64,000 nt of DNA. Source: the human T2T-CHM13v2.0 reference genome, Homo sapiens. Positions within the stretch are counted from its first letter, which is position 1, and each line of letters starts with the position of its first letter. Below the pieces are notes generated by a model, which made no database searches, had not been told where the DNA came from, and saw only the letters and a list, made by a program, of their open reading frames with translations. Below are positions 1 to 14,149 of the stretch, piece after piece. The stretch lies in assembly GCF_009914755.1 (NCBI RefSeq), contig NC_060932.1. One strand, given 5' to 3'. The position numbers were made by a program, and so were the translations under genes.

Positions 1-94
1 TGTTGGCCAGGCTGGTCTCTAATTCCTGACCTGATCTGCCTTCCTCGGCCTCCCAAAGTGCTGGGATTACAGGTGTGAGCCACCATGCCAGGCC
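1..94 (-). mobile_element. Alu (5' end, truncated by window edge)
   Basis: cctcggcctcccaaagtgctgggattacaggtgtgagccacc. Confidence 0.95.
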
Positions 95-733
95 TGAATT
101 TTCACTTGCAAAATTATCAGTCAGTTCTTAAAACTTGAGGAAGGGAGGAGTCAAGAAAATGAGGTGAATGAGAAGGCTGTTTAGACTGTTTTTATTGTCT
201 TACAGTCCCATTTTTGTCTTTCACTCTTCCTTCTCTCTAATGGCTGGGTTTTCAACAATAATACAGGCAAGCATAAAAGTTAGCAAATGAGGGCTAACCT
301 AGAATTGCAAATTTGATTGGGTTTCATGTTGGTTTTCCTTAAATAAATCAACAGTTTTAACAGGGTGGCATTTAATTATATTTGTTTACAGAAATATTTT
401 TATATTTGAATTTCTTTCATAACAGTGTTTATTGTGGTCAAAGGATGGGAGGGATGAGGAAATAATATTTGAAGACCACAGGGGCATTCCTCACCTCTGT
501 AGTCTTATTATCTGGCCTTGAAACACTACGACATTCTTTAACTGAATTTATTAGGGGCTAAATACCAACAACATAAGTCAGAAAAGGGTTTACATTGACC
601 CCTTTGGATTCTAAATATTGTAATAAATATTATTAGTTCCGAAATATCATATCTGTTTGATTTCCCAAATGATTGCAGAAATGCTTTGATCTTTTTAGTC
701 CTATGATATTGTAGAGATATCTCACTAATGATG

Positions 734-844
734 TTTTTTTTTTTTTTGAGATGGAGTCTCGCTGTGTCGCTCAGGCTGGAGTGCAGTGAGCCATGTTTGT
801 GCCACTGCACTGTAGCCTGGGTGACAGAGCGAGACCCTGTCTAC

Positions 845-876
<32 letters not shown>

Positions 877-880
877 AGAA
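734..880. mobile_element. Fused 3' ends of two oppositely oriented Alus
   Basis: Poly(T) plus minus-strand Alu 3' end (to 788) joined directly to a plus-strand Alu 3' end with an A/GAAAA tail. Confidence 0.9.
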
Positions 881-2443
881 ATGTAATTCACTTTCTTCTG
901 GTCAGCAGCTGACAGGATAGAACACATTGGACTAGAAACCTGTTGTATTCTTACTTTTACCCATGACATGGCTTCTTTTAGAATACAAACTGTTTAGAAC
1001 TAAGACAGGAAAATTTAACAAAGCATTAGATATAAAAATGTTCACAACATGTATGGTCTATTCTTTAATTTGAGAATATTTTAAGAAAATTTGTGGTTGA
1101 AAGCTATTGCTGTCATTGAGGTGGTGTTACAACACAATCGATCTTTGAAAAAGTATTGGCTTCACCAGGGAAACACTAGACCTCTACCCCAGTGACTCCT
1201 GCTAAAGAGGTCTTTGCCATCGCTGCCCTTTCTGATACCTTTGTGTGTGCTCAGATTGGCACACTGATTAATTTCAGATACCATCAGCAAAAATGGAATA
1301 TGCTGAACAAGCACTTACAAAGTAGTGGTTCTTCATAGAACAGAGTTGTAGCCCTTCAGTAACAAAGAATGAGTCAGAGGAAATGAGTTAATTTAACAAA
1401 TTGCTAGTTGCCTACCAGATATCATAGCAAGGAATGATATATGCAAGGTGTGTTAAAGGCAATGTTTCCTTAATTTCTTCTTTCTATCTCCCATCTCCCA
1501 ATGTCCTCTGGGGAGGCCGTAGAGGTGGGAGGGACATATTAAGTAAAAAGTGTGACCACTTGCTGAGTAATTTTTAGTGATTTGTTGAGCTGGATTAAGT
1601 GAATTTAGAGTTGAATCTTCAAAATGATCATTTCCTTTTTTTAAGAGTTTATATTCTGGATATTTTCATTTGAAGAGCAGTGATAGTATCCGGCTAAGGT
1701 TTACTAAATTGTTCAAGTGAGTTTGCAGAAGACTAAGTGAAACAACTTCTGTATAATGAACTGGAAGATTAATCTGCATATCACATAAGCAAATAAAAAA
1801 CAAGCAATCATATATTTTATAATGGAACAACCGTAAGATAAACAAACAAAAGGCATAGTTAAAAATCTGTATGAAAAAGCAAATTCTTGGTTTCCCAAGA
1901 ATCCTTGGTTTCCCAAGGCTCAAGAATTTTATGATTTGAGAAAAATACTTAAGTGTTGCCTGCACTTCTGTGCAATAAATCTCATTATTTCATACTTTAT
2001 TGCCACTACTGTCATGAAATTAATGGATCACATTTAAGTATTCCTTCTTGGAAAAATATCACTAAAATGTAATGTTCCTCAAGTCATAGTGCAAACAAAA
2101 TTATATTTATCATTTACAGACAGGTTTTATTGGTCCTGGTGCATTCATCTGCTGATGGCCAATAAAAGCTATACAAAGTCTCATCAATGAAATTAGTAAT
2201 CTGTGGGGACAAACATGCCATTAGTGCCTGTCATTCGAGATTTGTGATCATTGACGTGCTTTTTATGGCATCTGAAAATATTAGTTTGACTTTAAAAAAT
2301 GTAGAGTTGTTTCTATTGTTGGATATATTTATAAAATTCTGAACATAAAAATGCTCTTTGGTAGCCACTTGAATTTTTAAAACTATATTTAATAAAATAC
2401 AGCTTTTAGGAATAGCAATCAGCATGGGATAGGTGACAATGAA

Positions 2444-2742
2444 TTTTTTTTTTTTTTTTTTTGAGACGGAGTCTCGCTGTGTCGCCCAGGCTGGAGTGCA
2501 GTGGCGAGATCTCGCTCACTGCAAGCTCCACCTCCCGGGTTCACACCTTTCTCCTGCCTCAGCCTCCCGAATAGCTGGGACTACAGGCTCCAGCCACCAC
2601 ACCCGGGTAATTTTTTGTATTTTTAGTAGAGATGGGGTTTCACCATGTTAGCCAGGATGGTCTTGATCTCCTGACCTTGTGATCTGCCCGCCTCGGCCTC
2701 CCAAAGTGCTGAGATTACAGGCGTGAGCCACCGCGCCCGGCC
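2444..2742 (-). mobile_element. AluY-like element
   Basis: Full-length, CpG-rich, with gcaagctcc/ttagccaggatgg diagnostics; TSD core GTGACAATG at 2433-2441 and 2745-2753. Confidence 0.95.
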
Positions 2743-5700
2743 AAGTGACAATGTATTTTAAGTAGCCTCTGCTATCCTTGACGAAATGTGCTAAAGTGGC
2801 AAAATGTTTGCTTTAGAGATGTACAAAAGTAGAAAATTTGTGAAGGACATTAGGTGTTTCTCCACTTTGAGAGGGGATCTCCTCTTGATCTACTCTTTAT
2901 TTCCCATCCCAGAGTGAACAAGGTACTAGTTGATGAATTCGAATCAGGATACTTGAAATTAAGACTTAGATGTAGCACTTTGTGATCTGTAAAAATCATA
3001 TCAGATCTTAAATATGAAAATGTTTGAGTTTAGCCAAAATCACCAGCATCATTGGTGTATATCAAGTTTAATCCTATCCTTGGAATAATAGAACTTCAAG
3101 GTTGGAAGATGAATCTTGAATAGTTTGAAGTTAAACCCTACCTGCCGTTGCAATGAGTCCCATTGAAAAACATTTCCTACATGTCCTCGACAAGTCTTTG
3201 CTTTCTTTAGTTACAAGGAATTGCCCAACCTACCAAGGCTTCCCCATTTTATCTTTGACTATTTCTATAAATTTCTTTTTAAAAATTGTGGCCATATTTT
3301 AAGACACAGAGGGAGGGTAGACACCTAGATCTAAAGGATATTAATCTACTTAAGAGGAATTTGCTTATGGAAAGATGATCTAGCAAATGAGATAAACTGG
3401 ACTGATAAAAATTATCCAAACTCAGGTTTAGATGCCTATAGCAGTTTCACAAAAACTAAATCTTTGTCTCTAATGGATCTGAGCTGATAGCAGTGTAGTA
3501 GAGACCAAAGGTCTGTGACTGTCGTGGAGAAGCCCCTTTTGGATGAAGCTTTACGGAGGATTTTCAAATGTTAATTATATTTACAAACAGATCAGATGTA
3601 GGCATAGATATATTAGAATACTTTATATCTTCTCTCATTTATTTTTCTACTGCTAGATAAATGGGACTTATAAGTAGCTGAGTAGGCAAACAAGAAAGAA
3701 TGCATACAGTTTTATCAATTTATCTGAGATTTTGTGATAAGCTACAGACCAAGTCAAATGGACTAGTTTTGGCAGGGGCTTGCTGTCCATATGATGGTCA
3801 GTTAGCTTTTTTCTGAGTTAAACTTGAAAACTAAGAACTTTAAGAAGTGCATGGGTATATATAGGTGTGTGTGTGTGTGTGTTTGTGTGTAATTTTACAA
3901 GACTGTAGAATTATAAAATGACATTTGTTTTAAGGAATATTTGATTGACAGTTTCACTTACCAACGTTAGCCTCTAATTATGACACTGAGGATACCCAAA
4001 TTTAAAAATTTCCTTTATAATGGTCCCTGAGACCTGGTGATTGAGGTCATAAAAAAGGAATGGTAGTTTTCTTTCAGAATTTTAAATTTTCTCAAATAAT
4101 ATTTCACCAAATATTAGCCACACTTGTATACTTTGACTCTGTTGGTCGTTAAAATGTATAGTCATAATTACTCCTATGGAATAGGGATTTCAATAGAAAG
4201 AAAGCTTTAGAAATGAATCTTCTTTGCAGATAAATGCTATTTAATTTTCAGAGTTAATATAATTCAAATTATTTAGAAGTTTACAAGATTCTATTATAAA
4301 GCCAGTTTATTTATTTTTTTAATTCCATTATCATCTGAATATTCTAAAAAATGTAAAAAGAAATCTATTTGTAGAGAAAACAATGCCTTTTAAAGAAAAA
4401 TGTATTTTGTGCTGGGCTGCAGTCTTATTCATCACTTGATAAATGATGCTTTTAATTCAGATAATTAGAGTAATTTGTAACAAATTATTAGATATAGCAG
4501 ACTTGCCATTCCATTTCTATAAAATAAAAATACATTGTAATGTTTACATTGATGAGTAATAATAACAACACCTTAGTAGTTGTAACAATATATGACCTAA
4601 AATCAGTGGTAATAATGTCCTATGATAAGAAGATTGTACAAACTTAAAAGCTAGATTTTCTTTCAAATCTTTTGTCATACTCCTGAGAGAAAGATATGAG
4701 GGGAAAAAAGTCACTATAGCAAAATGCCTTCTCAGAACTGTTTCAGAGCAATTGAGGGGAGAAGGAAAGAATCAGTCAGAGATTGTTTCAAATTTAATAT
4801 GAAATAAACTGTTACCTTTAACTATTCAGCAATGACACAGTTATATTTCATTCCAAAGGTGTTTACAATCATATGAGTGGGTTTCTGTATTCAATGTTAC
4901 AATAAGTCAACTTGGAATTTCCCATTAAATATGATATTAATAAAAGATTTAGGTACAGTCCCCTGGTGTGTTTGAAGCTGTGCACTCTGCAAACACATAA
5001 ATAAAAATATATCTAATTGGTTTGTGGCATTTTGAGATTTTTTTTTCAGAAGGAATGTACTTAAAAAAATTAAATTACTGCAGTTTTCTTTCAGAAAATT
5101 GGGCTTTTGTATTAAATAATGCTAGTCCAAACTTAAAAATAAGAATATTTAAGCCTGGTAAGCATCTTTGTTCTCTCAATAAAAAGAAAAAAATTAGAGA
5201 CTCTCTTTCTCCCTGGCCTCATACCCCCATCATCTTCTGAAGTTATATGTATGAAGTATTTTTTTTAATCTACAGGGATACCTTTTAAATAAAATATTCC
5301 TTTATTATCATAAATAATCTGTAAAACAAAATAATAGTGGCAGTATTTGTAATAAAGTCCTAAAAGTTAAATCATCCTTATTATACTTAACATAATCCAA
5401 AAGACTCCTAATTAAGTTTTCCTTTCCTAACTTATATTATCTTATGATGATCTACAATAATTTTGATGATGTTCTCAAATGTTCTTATATCTGCTTCTGA
5501 AATAGTTAAACAGATTATTGAAAAAGACCTCTGAAACAAAGCAAATAAAATAATGCATAGAAGGAAACAGCTTTTAGTCTTATCTCTAATGGAATCATGT
5601 TATTGAGTTTTCTAAATTATGGAAGATGTCAAAGGTCATTTAGAGCTAGACTTCATGTGAAGAATTCTTAACTTGAATTGGCTTCAGAAAAAGAGGTCCA

Positions 5701-5829
5701 TGAAACTCCAAAATTGTATGCTTGGTTTTTATTTGTACATGTAAACAAAAATTGATAGCTTTCCCCAAATTCTGAAAGGAGTCCTTAGCTCTCAAAATAC
5801 TGAGAACCTCCATTGAATAAGACATTTGA

Positions 5830-6030
5830 GTAGGGACTTTGTGGTCAGAGATCTGAGTTTGAATCCCAGCTCTGCTATTTTCCACCTGTAGGGTCTTGGC
5901 AAACTCCTAATCTGTCTGAGATATTGTTTACTTTCTAATAAGTGCAGGTAAATAATACAGAATTTACAGGTTATTGTGAGAGCCTATGAGATCATGTGTA
6001 TTTTTGCCCTGGCATGTTGAAGTCACACAA
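5830..6030. mobile_element. MIR relic
   Basis: ctgagtttgaatcccagctctgc...aataatac...ggttattgtgag MIR core; boundaries approximate. Confidence 0.7.
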
Positions 6031-6705
6031 TAATTCTTTCCTTTCTCTCGGTTTCTCTCTTTTAAGATGACAGGAATGGTTAGCTAAAGCAACTGAGTGT
6101 TAACATGAGGGTTCCTGCTCTATTGCTTGTTATCACACATGGGTACATATAACAGTGACTGCCTATAGGAAGAAGTCATTACCCCGGGACAGCTTTCACT
6201 GGTGGATTTTTATGATGGAAAGCAACCGCATTAACTGCAATATGGCCCAGGGTGACACTTGACATCTGTATGTTTTATTTTTATTAAAAAAGTAATTTAA
6301 ATTATTGCCTTTTCTTTTTATTATGGAAGAAAATGTAAGAATGTTGACTGTTCACTAAGCCGAAGATTCCCTTTTTGCTTTCAAAGCTTTTCTCAAGGAC
6401 ATTAAACACTCTTCCTAATTACTTTTTATTGATTTCTTGACATTTCTACTCAACATTGACTGCTTATTTTTAGGAAACAAAGAAGCCTAAGTGAAAAATG
6501 TTAATGGTGCATTTGAAACTACAAAGTTCAATATTTTAGTCACGCCTCTTATATGTAATTGTAGGTAAAAACTATATAATATTTTTGCCATGTGCCTCAG
6601 CTCTCTTATCACCGAAGTAAATAGAAAATTCTGTGATTCTCAGATTTCTTCCATAGCTTTAACTTATTTTGAACAAATCTGTGACTTACCTTGCTATATT
6701 TCAAA

Positions 6706-7026
6706 TTTTATTTTATTATTATTCATTTTTATTTTTATTTTTTTGAAACAGGGCCTCACTCCATTGCCCCAGCTGGAGTACAGTGGCATGAACTACAGCC
6801 TCAATTTCCTGGGCTCAAATGATCCTCCCACCTCAGCCTCTCAAGTGGCTGGGACTATGGGCCCATACCACCATGCCCGGCTAATTTTTAAATTGTTTTA
6901 TTTGTAGAGATGGGGTCTGGTACTACTATGTTGCCCAGGCTGGTCTCGAACTCCTAGGCTCAAGCAATCCTCCTGCCTCAGCCTCCCAAAGTGCTGGGAT
7001 AATAGGTGTGAGCCAATGAGCCTGGC
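6706..7026 (-). mobile_element. AluJ-like element
   Basis: ctgggctcaaatgatcctcccacctcagcc; ggctcaagcaatcctcctgcc. Confidence 0.93.
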
Positions 7027-10000
7027 ATATTTTATTATATATATATTTTTTGTCTCAAGAGGTTCTGAGAACATGTGTGCCTGTATTTCAAATTTTAAAT
7101 GAGTGAAGATAAGGCTTGGCATAGTCAATTGAATAAAATTTAGTAAAAAATCAACGGAATACTGAAGAGACTGATGAAAATTACACAAATTAACTCACAT
7201 TTTACATTGTTCTTCCAATTTTGCAGTTATTTGCCATTAGTAAACACTTTAAATATGTCTGCCACTCTGATTTTTAGCATTATTTTTGTTAGGAGTAACT
7301 ATGTAAAGCAAGTCTGATTAGATGATCCTCATATGTAATTTAACCAAACGAAAGATGTCTTATGTTAACTATTTAGAACAGCCCATTTATTTAAATGTTG
7401 CTCATTTAAATTACTTGACAGTCAGGAATTAACTTTTAATTAAGGAGTGCTACCATCAGACCTATTTTTAAGAGTTTCTTGTGTGTGATTTGCATGTTAT
7501 ATACAAATGAGGTTAAAGAAAATTACAAGTCAACAAAATGAACCTAACATCAAATGTCCCTGGAGATAATTTTTTTATTTTATGTAATTTATCTGCATCT
7601 CTTATAGAAATACTTTTTTTGTCTTTTCTCCCTATCTCTTTGTTGTGTACAATCAGCTTTTAAAGGATCCAGTGGTATTAATTTTGCATTGCGGTCAATC
7701 AGAGATCTTATGCAAATATTAAATATTGCACAGGCATCATAACTAAATTTAGCGTTTCATTTGGAATAGTTCCTTGTGCCATAACTCCCTGATGGTGTTT
7801 ATAACTCAGCATATTTATATTTGTATGTGCATTTTTATGTATATGCATTTCTCTTTGGTCTCATAAAAAAGTAAAGTGTGTATTTTTTTCTAACTCTACA
7901 GTCATTACTAAATGAAAATTAAGTTGTTTTTAAGGCATATTTTTTAAAAGGAAAATGATGTTAATCTGAATGAAGGTTAAATAGAATCCCTTATAACACT
8001 CTGGCACTATGTGGTCACATCATTGAATTTCTGATAACTTTCATATTATACTTTAGTCTAACTACTCAAGATCAGTTTAGTTTTCTAGTGTTTAGGAAAG
8101 CTTAATGAAAAATATAAGACAACAGACAACTAGAAAACTAGACAGATAAACTGAAACAGACAACAGAAAACTAGATAATATAGACAGAGCGTTTTCCGTG
8201 AATGAAAACTAAAATGCATCAGTTTGACTCACAGTGGCCTCCTGCCTTCTGCTAAGTATGCACAACCTAAAGGTAATATTTTAAGTCTCATTCTCTGACA
8301 ATGTAGTTTGCAAACATAGAGAAATATTCAGATGTAGAAGAATATGGCTTCTCTAATGGCCTTGTTTGTTTTTAGCTACAAGGTGACATATATAGTTCTG
8401 GAATGAAAGAGGCGTCATCGGGCAGAATATTTCAGTGGCTGTATTATGGGCCTAGCAAGTAACCTGCCTTGGAATTCCTCTTTATTATTTTGAGAACAAA
8501 GGCATGCCATTTAACTTTTTTCAGCCTCAGTTTTTTTTTTTTTTTTCCAACTGTGAGAAAGAGAAAGTGTCACCTATTTCTTGTTAAGGACTAAAGGTGT
8601 TAAAATGCTAGAATGTCTGGCACATAGTAGATATTTAATGAATGTCAGTTTATCTTGTCTTAGCTAAGAATTTTCATGCTTTACTATACAGATAACTCTT
8701 GGATTTTATCTGCATTCATTTCTTCTCCAAAAAAAGGGAACCAGGAAGAAGAGAAGCAAAAGACATAACTTTACAATGCCTAGCTAACATTATCAATGCC
8801 AAACACCTACTGGTCGTGGTAAAAATGATTTCTACTTCAAAAGACAAGATTGCTGTAAAAAATCATTGCTACACTATGAAGTTATGCTGTAATGTTACGC
8901 TATGAATTTGTTGTGCTATAAAGAGGAAAGAAGATGTTTAAGAACAAAACATGCTATCCAGAGCACACCTCCATTTTTGCAATTACAAAATGTCTTCTTT
9001 CTTTGCTTCTCATTTCTCCAGTTCCTCCCTCGTGACCTACCTTGAAGATCACCTATAAGCAGAACATGATAAATAGCATGCCCAGTAGAAATGGTAGTTG
9101 TGAGCACATTTAAAGTGCTCTGTGATGTTTTACTCTCAGCTGTATTGAAATATAGTTGGTGATGACTCATTCTAGAAATATGACTATTAAGAATGAGTAC
9201 ATTTATTTCTTCAATAATAAGAAAACCAACAGAATGGTAATCCCAGAATCTTAGTTCTACTTTTAACATTTCACACCCAGTAAGTTGGATAACGGATGGC
9301 AGAGTGAGCCTGCGTAGGTAATAACTTATTATTATTACCCTTACCGTACATGGCCCTTTTCCTTGTACTTTTCTCCTTGAGCCAATAATGACTTTGATGG
9401 TTCAGTCTTTCTGCACTTTGTAGAAACCATATCCCAAACAGTATTTTCTAGACATCAGTTCTAGCATGTGAAAGAATCTAGACAGCCTCTCCGATTTTCA
9501 TGCTTCTGGGACAGAAAAGTATTTATCACAGGTAATGATGATAATCCAGTTAAATTTGTTATGCCTTTCCTTACTTTCAAAGTTAATTTCCATTTTTCCA
9601 TTTTGGATGCTGTGTTTTATGGAAATTGTCTGTAAAGAGTCTACTAGCCTTACATGTAATGGTCAGCAGACATATTTGATACCTTTCTTTTTCCTTTAGT
9701 AAAAGGAGTTGTAAGTAAGGAGCAAGTGAAAAGTGAAGGGGAATTTAGTATGTCTCCTATTTGGCAGCAACTGCGCATGCTATTCAATCTTTAAATAATT
9801 TTTAAGGAACTTGTCTCTTATTGTAAATTATGTCTGGAGAATTAGAAGTGCTACACATAAAAATTCTGTCTTTGGAATCAGTACAGATCCATGTTAACCT
9901 CGTTAAAATGATGACTTCTCATCTAACTTCAAATATTCATTTTTACCTTATTAAGTCATAGAGTTTAGCTAAGCACTGAGGGTATGTCCTTTTTGTTATT

Positions 10001-11107
10001 TTGATTCTGAAATCCTCCTGATGGTTTTTAGGGTAGTTATGGTTAAGATTTTGGTGCCACGCCTGATATTTCCTACCATTACTGTGGTAGTGATGGATTT
10101 CTTCTGTCTGGACCTCCGCTTCTAGTGGTTCTCTGATCTAAGCATGGTTGGAACTTTGTACTGACCTCATACTATGCCTAGTCACAGAGCTTGTAAAATA
10201 CAGCCAAAATTTTATTAATTCAGCTATATCTCTTATCTCTAGAATTGGATCATCCATGGCTCCTCTGTCAGAGTTGTGAAAATGGTCAGCTTTGTTACGT
10301 TGAGCCTGAAGCACTGATCCCACAAATCAAAAGACCACGTGACTCAATTCCTAGCTCAGTCATCTTTTCTCTTTCGACCTTTGTGTATATACTTAGTGTA
10401 CCTGTCTCTCGAAAGTGATTCCAGCAACATAGATTACATACCCCACTTAACAGATTAAATTTCATTAGACTTATCAACGAAGATCCTTTGTTGCCATATT
10501 GCTGCTATGATAGTCCTATATAGGAAACTCCAGCTTCCCATCAGGATTTGAAGCTAGACTTTACCATAAATTGCAACAGCTGCCAGCCTGTTGACCCAAG
10601 AAATGTGGTGCATTCAAAAAGAAGGAACAAACTCAGACAAGTAACCAGCTCTGTACATCAAAAATCCTTCCGGTTTCGGTAAACTATCCTGTGACTATCT
10701 AACTTTAGTCCCTGAAGGGTATTACGCCTTATTTACCTTACAAAACTGGCATCCTAGACCTTCCTAATTGAGTTGAACTTCAAATTCATTGTCTAAATCC
10801 TAAGAAATGTTGAATTTTCACAAACCCCATTTCCTGCCTGCTCTCTCCTTTTCTCCCATACATCCACCATCAGATTTTTTTTTGTTTACTTTCTCTCTGA
10901 TAATTCATGAGTAAGTTTAAAAAAAAAAAAATGTGTGGCCAGAGTTTTCTGTTTTCTGTAGATATTGCTGTGGGTTTGCCCATGCCTAGTTCCAACTTTT
11001 AAATAAATATATATAATAATATATTTATGTTATAAATATATAATATATTTGTTATAAATATATTATATATTTATATAATTAAAATCTTATATGTAATTAT
11101 AACATAA

Positions 11108-11432
<325 letters not shown>

Positions 11433-12289
11433 AAAAGAAATATTTTGATGCTATGAATGCATTTGTCATTTCTATTCTGTTTCATCCATGTGTTCTTCTT
11501 GTTTACCTTTGTAGTAGTCATTTACAGTGAAAATAATTGACAAATGACATGGTGTTATGTTCTTGAAAACAAACATACAAACAAAAACAAAAAATGAAAG
11601 CAGACAAATGAACAAAATGGCCAAGTAGGTGTTTAAAGGCTTAAATTGAGCAAAGAATAAAATGGTATTTTTTAAATGTTAAAGAATGATGATGTGTTTT
11701 AATAGTATTGTTAACTATTGAATCAATTTATGTTTAGTCTGCTTAAAATTATATTTGGATTCAAGATGGACTACTGCTATCAATTGATTAGATTGAAAAC
11801 AAGCAAGCAAGAATCTAGACAACACAAATGGGGGAAAAAATAATGAGATGTATTGGACACTTTCCTGGCTGTAGGAAAAGAGCTTTGATAAAAGGAGTGA
11901 TGAGATATAATTAAGCACAAAGTAACCTACATGCTTATTTATCAGTGAATCTTTCAGTTCCAGATCATTTCTTCTACAAAAAACTAAAGAATAAAAATCA
12001 GTCTTTCAGTCACTGGGTGACAGGATGCACTTTGATTTTTCCAGGAAAGGAAAGCCAGGATCACAGGCATGCGCATGCACACACACACAAACACACACAT
12101 GCACACTCACACATACACACACAAGCTCAAGTGCGTGCACGCACAGTACTTTGGCAAGTAGAGTGTTAGCTCCCCAAGCATGAGCTTCAGGCCAGACTCA
12201 GTGGCTGTGATAGACCCATGCAGCCATTTGACAGATTTTGATAACCTTTTTATTCAAAGCAGCATGAAGGGCCAATGAAGGATTGCTGA

Positions 12290-12563
12290 TTTTTTTTTAA
12301 GACAGGATCTTGCTCTGTTGCCCAGGCTGGAGTGTAGTGGCACAAACATGGCTCACTTTAACTTTGAACTCCTGGACCTCAGTTTCCCAAGTAGCTGGGA
12401 CCACAGGCACGCACCACCATGCTCAGCTAATTTTTAAAATTGTTGTAAAGACAGGGCCTCACCATGTTGCCCAGGCTGGTTGAACTCCTGTGCTCTTGCC
12501 ATCCACCCGCCTCAGCCTCTGAAAGTGCTGGGATTACACGTGTGAACAACTACACCCAACTGG
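12290..12563 (-). mobile_element. AluJ-like element
   Basis: Alu match; flanking GATTGCTGA target-site duplication. Confidence 0.92.
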
Positions 12564-12947
12564 ATTGCTGAATTTTTATAACATGTCTCTGGTAACTAAG
12601 ATCCTTTGAACTATGACCATTGAATTCCTAGGACTTGTGTGATCTCAGTAGAGCAATGACTCACTTCCCTCAGGTTTTCAGACTTAGAGGAAAATCCAAG
12701 GATCAGTCTGTAGTATAATGCTAGGCATGAAAGGCATGAGGAAATGATGGGAGCCTCCAGACAGAAAAGGTATCCCACTGGTGACTGATTTCTATTCAGA
12801 GACAATGCCATCCCTGTGATTGAAGCTACAACACACTGAAAAGGTGTGAAACCAAGAAAAGTCTCTCTTTCAATAAAAGTTTTCCATATTTCAAAAATTT
12901 TCAGAAGTAAGGATTTCTTAAGGGAAAAGCCATGAATAAATCAGGCC

Positions 12948-13247
12948 CTTTTTTTTTTTTTTGAGACAGAGTCTTGCTCTGTCGCCCAGGCTGGAGTGCA
13001 ATGATGTGATCTTGGCTCACTACAGCCTCCGCCTCCCTGGTTCAAGTGATTCTCCTGCCTCAGCCTCCTGAGTAGCTGAGTAGCCTCCTGAGGCGTGTGC
13101 CACCACACCCATCTAATTTTTGTATTTTTAGTAGAGATGGGGTTTTGCAATATTGGTCAGGCTGGTCTTGAACTCCGAACCTTGTGATCTGCCTGCCTTG
13201 GCCTCCCAAAGTGCTGGGATTACAGGCGTGAGCCATCGTGCCTGGCC
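12948..13247 (-). mobile_element. AluS-like element
   Basis: Alu match; TSD taaa(t/c)caggcc. Confidence 0.95.
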
Positions 13248-14085
13248 TAAACCAGGCCTTTTTAAAGAATAGGATCAGAGGTCTGGTTTCTTCTTCTTAG
13301 CAAGGTCTTGTTTTCCTGGTAAGGCCTTGTTTTCTGCTTAGAGGCATCACTACAACCAGCCTGTCATCTGCGAACTCTTCCCTTGGTGGGATTCAGAAGT
13401 GTAGCTCCTGCATATGTCTCTCCATTATGGGAGTCACTGGATTCTGTGGTTATTTAATTAGAACATGCCTCACTAGGTGTTGGCTACACCTATTTGAGCT
13501 GAACTAGAAATGCAAATTCCTGCTACACGTATTTTGCATTACAAAGTGTTCTACTTTTTGAAAGCTTTTGAGTAAATGGCAAATCTCAACTGAAGACTTT
13601 GACTCTTCTACAGGAACTGCATGGAAATGTGAGGAACCGAATTGGAAGAATGAACACAGCCTACCATTTGGTTTTCAATGCTTTGATTTTTAGGTGGCTT
13701 TGTAGTAATGGATGGAAAGAACAAAGATCTGTATTAAACACATGCTTGCAGCGTCTACAAAAATGGTTTATGTTTTAAAAGAAGCGGGGGAAGACCTCAG
13801 TCATTCTGAGTTATTACAGCTCCAGGAGATGGAAGTGTTTTATTAGCCCATATATATATAGATAGATACAGTGCTACCAGGAAAAAACTAATGAATTATA
13901 ACTAAGGTCCTATGTATGGACCTTAATATTCCTTGTGTCTGACGATGCAGGAATTTAGCCAGGCAAGCTGAGATAAGGCCCTAACCTTTGCTCTACTTTT
14001 CTTTTTATGATCTTCTTCCACATGCCCTTTTTTGGTTTAAATATAACCAAGATGATTTCCATTAGATTTTTCTAACAACTGCATG

Positions 14086-14149
14086 ATGTGTGTGCGTGCG
14101 TGTGTGCATGTGTGTGTGTGCATGTGCGTGTGTGTGTGTGTGTGTGTGC
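14086..14149. repeat. Imperfect (TG)n microsatellite
   Basis: Seen directly. Confidence 0.95.

Noticed and set aside
8116-8186. Irregular ACAGACAAC/AGAAAACTAG repeats
   Set aside because: Low-complexity slippage product with no repeat-spacer regularity; not CRISPR-like.
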